From Selaginella moellendorffii (Eukaryota; Plantae; Lycopodiophyta), in assembly GCF_000143415.4 (NCBI RefSeq), contig NW_003314279.1, positions 1,811,679 through 1,875,678 of the forward strand: DNA of 64,000 nt. The letters run 5' to 3'. A model generated the notes under the pieces. The model had not been told where the DNA came from, ran no database searches, and saw only the letters and a list, made by a program, of their open reading frames with translations. This document shows positions 26,292 to 39,300 of this stretch, one piece after another. Every line of letters starts with the position of its first letter. The stretch's first letter is position 1. The position numbers and the translations under genes were made by a program.

Positions 26292-27478
26292 TAACTGGAT
26301 GTCTGGATTTGGAACCACCACATGCCAATCGAACTGACCAGGACGGACAAGCGCCTTGTCGAGAGATTCGGGGAAGTTCGTAGCCGCGATCACTATGATG
26401 CCTTCGTTTTGCTTGAAACCGTCCAGCTCCACCAACAGCTGGTTCAGTGTCATCTTCATGTACTGTTGGTCCTTGGGATTTCAGCTCCCACCTATTGCAT
26501 CAATTTCGTCCATGAAGATTATGCATGGCGAGCACTTCTTCGCACTCGCCGAGCACCAACTCCGACGAACATTTCCTCGAACTCGCTCCCGCTGCAATAG
26601 AAAAACGGTACCCCTGCTTCACCAGCAGTTGCCCGAGCCAGCATCGTCTTTCCTGTCGCTGCATTGCAAGCCATGCTCTACGATGCTTACCTTTGCTGAG
26701 GCCCTTATAATGGCCCCAACGCCAGAGAGAAGGAGAAAGCCCAGAGCCAAGGTTCGAACAGTCCACCTCCTTCGGACGTGATCATGTGGATTGGCGCACT
26801 GGGAGAGCCCAAAATTCCGTCTTTCGTGGCTGTTCCTACTGCCGGAAACGCCAAAGACATGATCGGTCGCGCCTCAGCTTGAAAACTTCCTAGCGATGCA
26901 GTTGCTCCTACACGGTTTTAAAAAAAAAAAGAGGATCAGATCCGATAAAGAAAGAGTTACAGCGTTTACCTCTTTGCAGCGTTTTCAACAAGGCACTGTC
27001 ATCGAGCCTATCGACCTTGACGAGAGCTTTGAGATACTCGGCCAAAGCACCGGTGCTGTGCTGCGGAAGTGGTCTACTCTCGAACCACCAAATCACTCCC
27101 TCGGGATCCACCTTGTTAAGATCTCTTAGAAACTTCACTTGTTTCTCCTGAGCATCGGGCCCTCCTTCTCTCTCCAGCTGCTCCAGCCTTCTCGAGAAAT
27201 TGCTTGTGTAGCTGGACATGCAGCGTCTCTTGAGGCGATTCAACACGATCCCTGCGCCAGCCGAAATTCAAGCATCATTAGCAACGACGAGGGAAATCGG
27301 ATAGAAAAATGCCTGCATCCCTTCAACACAATCGCGCGTCCCAGCCCATACAAGGATGTCGCCGTGGCGGAGGAGCCTCCCTGTGGTCGAAATCCGCGGG
27401 CAATCAGCGCGGGCGCAGCCCTAATGGGAGAGAGGAAAGAGAGCGCCATACCTTCTCCAGCAACTGACGCCATGCCAT
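26292..27478 (-). pseudogene. FTSH4: Mitochondrial i-AAA protease FtsH4 (YME1-like) pseudogene, truncated before the protease domain
   Basis: MAWRQLLEK start, [71 protein letters not shown]; internal deletions and a stop; introns retained. Confidence 0.9.
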
Positions 27479-27941
27479 GCCGCCCGAGCTCCCAAAATCG
27501 ATCCTTCACGCGCTAGGGCGCCCTGGCAGCCACCGCCTCCGCGAGAAGTCCCCAAACCATCAAGAACACGAGAATGCCCAGAGGGTTTCAACCCCTCCTC
27601 CTCTGGCATATTCTCCCGCGTGACACAGAAGACGCTGGAGCCGAAGTTCGCACTGTTCAAGCAGCATGATCCCAGGCGTGAATGTAAGAAAGAGTGGAGA
27701 GCTTCTTTCTTCTCTTTTGCTTTTCTTTCTCCCCTTAAAACTTTTAGTTTCGCAGCTCAAGTAAGTACACATTCAAAAAAAAAAAAAAAACCCAGCCTTT
27801 TGGCTGGTTATATAATTCAAAGAAAACTGTACATTCTCTTCATTGTAAAAAATGTTGTGATGCCCCTGGAGCTATCATTATGAGGGCAGCACCGAGTTTC
27901 TTTGTTCTTTAGAATTTCTTCCACGAAAACCAGTCGATCGA

Positions 27942-30900
27942 TCATCGGTTCTGGAAGTTGAAAACTTTGATGCAGATGGCGAAGCACACCGCGAAGACAA
28001 CGACGAGGCCGACGTGAACCCCGGCCACGACGCCCAAGAAGTCGTGCCTGAACCCAAAGTAGGACCTCAAGAAGCCCTCCACGGTCGTCTCTTCGCCGTC
28101 GGCCCGGAACAACGGCGTGGTGACATCTCCAAGCTGAGACGTGAGGAGGCCGTAGAGAGACCACGCCGGTGGCGAGGCCCAGTAGTACCACCTCCACCAC
28201 ACTGGAATCGCCTGAGAGACACCAAGAAACAAACCAAAGTGTTAAGGAAAGAAATGTGTGGAATTCATGAACTTACCGGTCGAGGGATGATGAAGCCAGA
28301 GAACAGGTTCCAGATTCCGTAGAATGCCGAGGATACGATGGTTGCAATCTGGTCGTTGGGTGACAGCGCCACCGTCACCATGCCGTAGAGCGTGTAGTAG
28401 AGGAACGTCATGTACAAGAAGAAGAGGAACCACAAGAACTTGGCTGCTGTCCATTCCAGCTGCATCGTCGCGTACACAATGAGTCCATACGCGAAGGCTT
28501 GCACGAACACGTAGGGAATCTCGATCAGGACCTGGACGCACGGAGTTTTCCTTGATGAGTCAAACGAAATCTGAAGAGTCGGATGTATGCCTTACCTGAG
28601 CAAAAGCATATGGAAGGGGAGAGTACATTCCAGCGGCTCTTTCTCGATAGTAGACCGTTCGCTCGATAGCAACGACTGGCTGCACTCCTGACGAATTGCT
28701 GAACCCAATGAAGAGCACAGCAGCGTATATAGATCCCATCAGATTAAAGAGGTCTTGTTCTCGTGATCTGCTCACGAGAGAAAGGCAGGAGTCAGAATCA
28801 ACGCTTGATTGAACTACACAACGTTTACCTTTTGGAGCCGATGTCCCAAAACATTGTGCCAAATATTATCGCGACAACCAAGGTGAAGAACATGCGAACC
28901 AGAACGTAGTATGGATTTTTCCAGTATGACTGATGTTGTTTCCACAAGCATCCCATGACCTGTCCGAGGAACGACAGAGGGTATTGCGTTGGAAACCATA
29001 TGTCCTCCGTGCCAGGAACCGGAGTGCTCAGCTGAGTAATAATAGCTTCATTGTGCCTAGACACACCAGTGGTTTAGCCAAGAAAGAGATAATGGTCAAG
29101 TGTGCTTACTGGTAGACTGAAGAAGTTTTATAGATGTCCGCAAAATCTACTCCCAGACGATTCTCCACGTCTGCAGCGGTAACCTCTAACATCCACGTAG
29201 CTGGATTGTATCCTTCTCTTATGTTAGGAACACCGCTAATACCCTGGGGAAATTAATCCATATAAATCATCTCAAGTCTGCAAGAACAACGCAAGCGACT
29301 TACCTGAAAGTATTCAACAAGTTTGTGCGAGTTCTTTCCCAAGGAACCTGCGTAGACAACGCGCCCTCCGCGTTTCATCAACAGAAGCTGGAGAAAGCAG
29401 GCAGGTTTTCAAGAGAGTTTGCAAGGTAATAATCGCGTACCTCATCGAAGGCCTCAAAAATGTCAATGCTAGGCTGATGAATGGTGCAGACGACAGTGCG
29501 ACCGGTGTCGACAGTGTTGCGGACCGTTCTCATGACAATTGCTGCCGCTCGTGCATCCAGTCCGGAAGTTGGCTCGTCCATGAAAATAATTGAAGGATTT
29601 GCAACGAGCTCCACGGCAATTGTCAGTCGTTTCCGCTGCTCGGTCGAAAGTCCATCAACTCCAGGGAGACCAACCAACGCATCCCGGAGAGGGTTAAGCT
29701 CTACAAGATCCATAACTTCTTCCACAAACATCTGTTCCAAAACTCATCTTAGCAAACTTGACCACGAAAAACATCTCTCTCCTTACCTTTTTCGTCCCCT
29801 TATCAATGTCATCCGATAGTCGGAGCCAAGCAGAATAAACCAGTGACTCGTACACTGTAACGTTGGGTGAATGAATGTCAGTTTGTTCGCAATAACCCGA
29901 AATCCTAGCAAAAGTAGCCTGGTTTTTTGGATAGCCGGAGATGCGAATGTCGCCTTCAATGTAGCCACCAGTTTTACGCCCGGCTAAAACATCCATGAGA
30001 GTTGTCTTTCCAGCACCGCTTACACCGACAAGAGCCGTGAGAACTCCAGGCCTGAAGCTACTGCTTACGTCGTGCAGCAACTGTAATCTATTTTCAGTCA
30101 CGCCTTGTTGCTTCATTTCCTGTTACAAGGGCATTAGAACTCAATATCCTACAAAGGAAATGCGTAAAAGCATACCGCAGGCATGTCAACGTAGTAGTTA
30201 ACATGATTGAATGACATTGCTAAAGCTTGAAACGGGAGTATCATTCCCCTTTTAGAATCGGCACCCATTCGACCAGACGTAAGCTCCAAATCTCCTGGCA
30301 TTCGATGTTAGACCATATAATGAAATTTGTGATGGCGCCATTACCTGCATTAGAAGATCTGCCCGATCGTTTTGATTTTGCACACACTGATCTTTCTGAG
30401 ACTTCGCCGGTACGATTCATGTTCTGCTCTTCTAGTATTTCCTCAGACACTACGGCCTGCGGTTTCCCAGGAGCTGTTTGAATATAAAAATGAGTACCTA
30501 CATGGAGAAAAAAAATAGATTCCTACGTACCACTGAAGTAAGCGAGTGCCAAAGTGAAAACAACGTTGAAGAGAATGGCATAAGCCAACTGAGCACCAGT
30601 TCCAAGCCAATACCAGTTTTTATTGGGGAACAGACCTCGAGACTCTAGAACTTGGTTGCCAACGGTGGTGGTCTGATTGGCATTTTCGAGAATCTGCCAT
30701 CTTGATGCACTGAACTCGTTCACGGCAAGCGCATTCTGTGCGTACATCATGGGCGACGACCAATATCCCCAAATCCACCAAGGTTCAACGTCCTCTGGAA
30801 ATTAAAGACCATTATAAGTTGTGCTACCTGAGTATAGTCAATGGATTACCTCTAGAAAGAAGAAAACCACCGAGGACAAGAACTATCAGCAGCGCGAAAG

Positions 30901-33501
30901 AGCCGAAGGTGTTTGCTACAACCATAGTCCGAGAAAGTGAAGCAATGAATCGGAAAAGACCTCTCGACATTTGATGAATTAGGAACATGAGAAGGAACTG
31001 CTGGAAGAACCTGAAACACTCAAACATAAAATATCAACACTATTTCTCACTAAACATCAATGTAACAAACCTGGCGGCACTAGGAGCAAATCCAACCACG
31101 TAGTACGTCATGCACACCCAAATTGCTGATTCGAGCAGGGACACTGGAATTCGAGTGATCACGTTAGGAAGAGAAAATGCCCACGCAGGAAATAGCATCT
31201 GGTCCCGCTGCTTGTAAAATACTGGAAGGCGCGCAATGGTCATCGACAACTCCGCAAATCCATTAAACATGACGATGATCAGGCCGAAGAACAAGGCTCC
31301 CATGTAGAGACTGCCATCGCCAACAGTTCTGTGATGCATTTCGGTCCGGAGAAACACAGTCATCGTGATTACGGCTATAACAATCAGCTGCATTGGAAAT
31401 TTTAGTATCAGATATATAGATTTTAGTCTTTGATAGCATACCTGACAAGTTTTGAACACGTAGACGAATGAGTTCCTCTTCATCAAAAGTATCTCCCGCG
31501 CCAAGAGAGCCTTGAAAAGCTCCCAGTTACTAAGAGCGTACTTCTGAGTGACAAGAGCTGCCGGATGGCTTTTACTCTTGTCAAAAGGCCGCCCCAATTC
31601 TTCAGCAAAGTTCTGACCGACATGGAACTTTTGAAAGGCATCCGCGAACTCCTGGACAGGTATAAATCTGTATGGCATCCTCTTGTCAGCCCAATACTGT
31701 TCCTGGTCTTTCCTTGACGTAACTTCTTGCAAAAAGTCCGCGACACCTTTCCTCGGAGGACATTTAAATCCCTGCGTCTCGAAGAAATCCAACACGAGTT
31801 CCCGGGGCCCCTGATATACAATCTGCCCCTCCGACAGAAGAATCAAGTCGTCGAAAAGCTCAAACGTCTCGGGAGCAGGCTGGAGCAAGGAGATGACCAT
31901 GGTAGCATCGAGCACATGGACAAACTGCCTTAAGCTCTTCACTATCTGAAATGTGGTCGAGCTGTCAAGACCGGTTGAAATCTCGTCCATGAAAAGAGAC
32001 TTTGCAGGCCCAACGAGCATCTCTCCTGCAAAATAAACATTTGTCATAAACAAATCGTGACCAAAAAGCTTCCAGGCTTGCAAGTCTTACCTGTAGTGAC
32101 ACGCTTCTTTTGTCCTCCAGAAATACCCCTGCGCATGGCGTCTCCGACAAGTATATCAGAACAAACGTCCAAACCCAAAATCTGGAAGCGAAAAAATGCA
32201 TGAGAACCGCGAATCCTCTTTGATCACGATCCAAAACACGCTTACCTTCAGCACATAGTCCGTTACAATGGAGGTCTCCTGACCCTCTATAGCCGACGCC
32301 TGTAAGAAGCTCGTAAGAACGCTGCCAACCAAAAAGTGCTTATTACCTTCATGAACGCATCAACATCAGGATCCGGTTTGATTTTGGCATTTTTCTCCCG
32401 TCTTGAAAGCTCCGTTATCATCTCTGACACAAGTTATAAGAAAGTCAATTCCACTTGCACGCCAACCCAGGACGTTGTTTACCATATCTGCTTCCCACGC
32501 CTTGACACCTAGAAGCAAAATCAAACGTCTCCCTCACTGTCAACTCCCCGCTATGCAAGTCGTGTTGGCTTATGTAAGCAGAAGTCCTTTGAGGCACAAA
32601 TTCAGTCAATGTGTGGCCATTGTAGGTGACTCTCCCAGAAACCTGTAAAGTGAAATCTAAGATGAGAACAATCTCCTAAAAGCTGGAGGACTTCCTTACC
32701 TTGAGGCTTTGGTCCAACTTTCCAGAAAGGGCAAGAAGCAGTGTAGTTTTCCCTGCGTTAGGAGGGCCCAGCAGAAGTGTCATCCTGTAGAGAAGTATGA
32801 GTACAAGATTTTCGCCGAAAGATGCAGCAATTTCATTACCTGGAAGGCTTCACGATACCACTAACGTTGCGCAAAATCGTGAGGACGTGTTTCTTAGAAG
32901 GGAGCAAGTGTAACTTTCCCAAGATTTGCTGGAAAAACAAATCACAACAAAAAAGTAAGAGCCAGAGAGCGATGAAAAGATTTTTTCGTTAATAATACGA
33001 ACCTCGGACATGTTGATGACAAAGTTAAACAGCGTCGGTAGAGCTCGCTTGCCGACATGTACATCAGCTTCGATTTGAAGTCCTTCGTACCTCACCTCGA
33101 TTTTGGGAAGGTCTATCCCGACTCTAAGACAATTGTTCCAAGAGTGAGAAGAAACTCGAATCAAAAGAATCGTAATACCTGTCGATCCTCTCCCGGACCT
33201 TGCGGATGAACATCTCGTTCTCCGTGTCCGTTGTTGCCAAGAGCTTCTCCACAAGATTCCTCTTCTCCACGAGGCCCAAGGACTTGACATCAATGTGCTC
33301 GTGGCGAGTGCTCCCATGCTCGCCCACATTCTTGATTATGGCCGTCCGGAGGCGATCGTATGTGGGAAGCTTCTCCAGCGCGGCCCATTTCAGGGCCTCC
33401 TCATCGTCCACCTCCCTGACCGAGCTGTGCGAGAAGACATTTTCCGTCCACGATCGCGAGCTCGCCGCTCTCATCAGCTCCACGTCGGTCGGAAGCGCCA
33501 T
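27942..33501 (-). CDS. ABCG: Full-size ABCG (pleiotropic drug resistance, PDR) transporter, multi-exon, apparently intact
   Basis: [82 protein letters not shown]-terminal FNFQNR; GT-AG introns. Confidence 0.95.
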
Positions 33502-34133
33502 CGCTCCCCCCTTGTCCCTCTTTCGCGACGATCCAATGCAATATTTTCGGCAATATCTGGAATTCCGGGGCGAGGCGACCTACAAAATTCCACCCCCGAT
33601 TCGACGAGCTACCACTAGAAGTCGATTCGATCGAGATCCAGATCCTAGATCCTGGCGCTACATCCCTGGATCGATCGAGCCGGAAGAAATGAGCAGAATG
33701 GAAAATAGTTTGGGAGCTAGGGCTTTATATAACTTGGACACTTGGCCTCTTTGGACCATGGCCGAAAACTTCTACCAACAAGCCCATGCTACTCCATGGA
33801 AGCTTCTCATTTATACGCTGATATGATCCGACGGTCCAGACGCTTAACTAGAAAGCGCACGTGATGGACCCTCTTCTATGGAACATATGGAGATTCCTCG
33901 CCAATAAAAACCTGTTCTAGACAAAGTAGGAGTGCTCTTCTCGACGCTGCCGCACACGTGGATGCAAAGTTTTCTTCCCGGGTTTTTGCGCGAAATTTCG
34001 AAATAGAAGCGTTTTCAAGGGTGAATATGCCGCGTACACTTGTTGTTTCAGCAATGGTGTTTGAACACCACCAATAAGATTGGAAAAAAGAATGGTGGTT
34101 GTTTCCTTGAATTCGACCGGAATCGTTCGGCTA

Positions 34134-36105
<1,972 letters not shown>

Positions 36106-36112
36106 CCACTGC

Positions 36113-36136
36113 TAAAACCCTAACCCAAGAACCCTA
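36113..36136. promoter_or_regulatory. Telo-box-like AAACCCTA motifs at the ELP3 5' end
   Basis: aaaaccctaa...aaccctaa immediately upstream of ELP3 exon 1. Confidence 0.4.
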
Positions 36137-36316
36137 AAAGAAAAAGTTCAAATATATTTTTGAAATTAACTCCAGCCATCACTCCATTCTAGCCCTAAAT
36201 TCAAAACTGTTAATTATTTCTTTTTTTTGGCTTTAAAAATTAAATTATTTTGAATTTTTGTTTGGTCAGTTTTAACAAGTCCATTGCTATTTAAATTTTT
36301 GGTTTGCTTAAGTAAA

Positions 36317-39300
36317 TGTTATAGCGGTCAAACCAGGACCCGGACTTATGTGCTCACAGCAACAAAGCCTCAAAGAAAACACACCTTTCTAGTCGTAGTG
36401 TCTGCCAAACACCCTGCGCGCTCAGACTCTGCTCCCCACCTCTGAGGTATCAATCTCCTTTCTCCCCAACCTTGCAAGAACCCTCCCTCAAGATGTCCCA
36501 CCACGTCAGCCTGTTTGCCACATGAACTGTTCGCCAAGAAGATGTGATACAACCAAAAAATAGAAAAAGTTAGGCTTAGGGTTTGACAGAGGATTCAGTT
36601 AAGGCTTCGCTAACTAGTCACTGATTCGAACGGCGTTTACTTGTGTGTCCTCAACTCCTAGACTAATGTCACATGCATAACATTGTGTAGTGATTTCCTC
36701 TTTTTCGAAGGAGAGACTTGAAAAAACATGGGTCTGATTGAGCGCTCTCCAGGACTTCTAACATTGCTGTTGAATATCAAATTAGAGAATCGTAATTCTG
36801 TGGCTAACACTGTCCATGGATTGCACTCTCTGTTTGCTGAGCCAAAATTGTCATCTTAGCTTGAGTTGGCTGATCTATTACCAAATAGGGCCCATCGTAC
36901 CATGAAGAACACTTCCTTCCTAGGATGCCTTGCACCACAACTTAGAATCTCCAACACCAAAGGGATGATCATTGATTCTTTTTCTTGTAGTTCCTTGAAT
37001 AACGAGCTTGTGCCTGTTCAATGTTTGCTCTTGCTCTTTCTTCCAAGATTGCCCTGTGATTCGAGCTTTCTCCAACGTAGTTCTGGGATTCAATACCATC
37101 ATTGGTTGCGGTGAGATCTCGCTCTTCTCCTGTAAATCATCTCAAAAGGTGAAAAACCTGTGGACTCGTGTCTTGTTGTTCTGTAAGCAAAGAGTACTTC
37201 TGGCAAAACATTGTCCCACTCCCCTTTCTTACTGAGACCATCTTTTCTAGTGTCTTGTTAAAGCGCTCTACCATGCCATTAGTTGAAGGTTTGAATCGTC
37301 CTGTCAGGGTGTGCTTCACACCCATTCTGCAGCACAGTAGGGAGAATGCCTCACTGCAAAACTCTTTTCCCCTGTCAGTAAGGATCTCCTCTGGGACTCC
37401 ATGTCTTAAGATAACATCCTCGTAGATAAACTCCACGGCAGTCTGAGTAGATTTGTCTTTTACTGCTCGTGCCTCAGCCTACTTAGAGAAGTAGTCCATG
37501 CAAACAACAGTATATTTGTTGCCATGTCTGGAGGGGAAGTTGAAAGGTCCCACCCTTGCAAAAGGCCCTCCAATTGGCAACGGCTGTAATTCTGAGGTTA
37601 TAGATGACCGCATAGGAGCATTAGAGATCTTGCAAGCCGTACATGAGGCTATCACCCGATCAACATCATTCGTCATACCAATCCACCAGTAATGCTGCTG
37701 TAAATCATCTAGGATCCTGTTCCGTGATAAATGTCCCGATAAAGAGGAAGCATGGTATCTTAGCACGAGCTCATCGACCTCATTGATTCAGCTCTCTTGA
37801 AGCGATGTACATTAGCTTGCCATCTAGCACACCAACTTATCTCTTCCTCAATTGAGTTTTCTCCTCACTGACTTGTCAATGCCAGGAACAATCTCTCCTG
37901 ATTCAGCAAAGGCCAAGCGCAGTTTGTATTCTTCGCGATCCATCTGAAGTCCAAAGCAGGGATAACTACCTCAACCAACCCACACACTTAAATAATCAAG
38001 TCCAAATGGGGATGCTCACGCGGATGGAACTACAACCCAGAACAGGAATGATAAATATTGCCAATACGATTAAACATGAGAACTATAGCAAGGAAATTCA
38101 ACAAGTTTGTGAGACAGTCTAGCTGTGAAAGGCTCTGGATAACCCATCTGCGTTCGAGTTTTGTGAGCCTCTTTTGTAAACAATTTCATAGTCATATCCC
38201 ATTAAGTAAATCCACCATCGCTGGAGACGACCTGAGAGTGATCCTGAGCCTTGAAGAGCCTTGAGCGCTTGGTGATCAGTTTCGATTTTGACTCAGGTGC
38301 CATGGACATAAGCACGGAAGTGTTTGAGTCCCTGTACTACAGCAAGACATTCCTTTTCCGAAATGGAGTAATTTTGCTCGGCACCATTCAGCTTTCTGAA
38401 TGGGATGTTCCACATTGCCAATCTGTGCCAATATTGCTGATATGGCAAGTCTTGACGCATCGCACTGCAAAAGGAAAGCCTTGTTGCACAAGATGGATCA
38501 ATACATTACCAGGCAACCACAATACTTGCAATCAGGATAAGATAATATAGGCTACTTGCACAGCTCCCGCTTTAGTTCTTCAAAGGCGTTCTGCTGCTCG
38601 GCACCCCAAGCCATCCACTCCAACTGCTTTAGAAGCTTCGTCAGTGGCAAGGCCCTTTCTGCGATTTGTTGATAAATCTTCGATAATAGCCAGCCAAACC
38701 AAGAAAGACTTTAATCTGCATCGAGGCATTAGAGTTCCAAACACACGAAGGAGAACTCGTGTACCTACTTCTTTCCCTCAGGAATAGGAAACTCCTTCAC
38801 TGCTGATATTTTCTCAGGATCCGGAGCAATTCCTTTGCCAGATACCACATGTCAAAGAAACTTAATTTCGCGCATGAAGAAGTGACATTTTTTTGGCTTA
38901 ATCTTCAGACCTGCTGCTTTCAATCTATAAAATACCTTTCTGAGGGGCTACATACTCCCCGAGAATAGACATTAACGTTGTCTATATAGACAAGTGACGA
39001 TTCCCATCTGAGCATACCGAGGACACAGTCAATAAGTCTTTGAAAAGTAGCACTCGTGTTACATAGCTCAAAAGGCATGCTTTTGAACTGGTACAAACCA
39101 TCCCGGCATGTAAAAGCTGTCTTTTCCTTATCCTCTTCTCTCATAGGCACTTGACAGAATCCAGAGGCTAGATCAATTGAGGAAAACACCTGAGTTACAA
39201 CACATAAGTACCAGCATACCTCTCTCTCAGACATCTACCTGTGCACCAGCAAGCTGGTCGAGTGTATCATCTATTCGTGGTAGTGGATAAACATCACACT

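Noticed and set aside
33200-33826. 208-aa + strand ORF and similar antisense ORFs over ABCG, ELP3 and pol genes
   Set aside because: Shadow ORFs of GC-rich coding exons, with no recognisable motifs.
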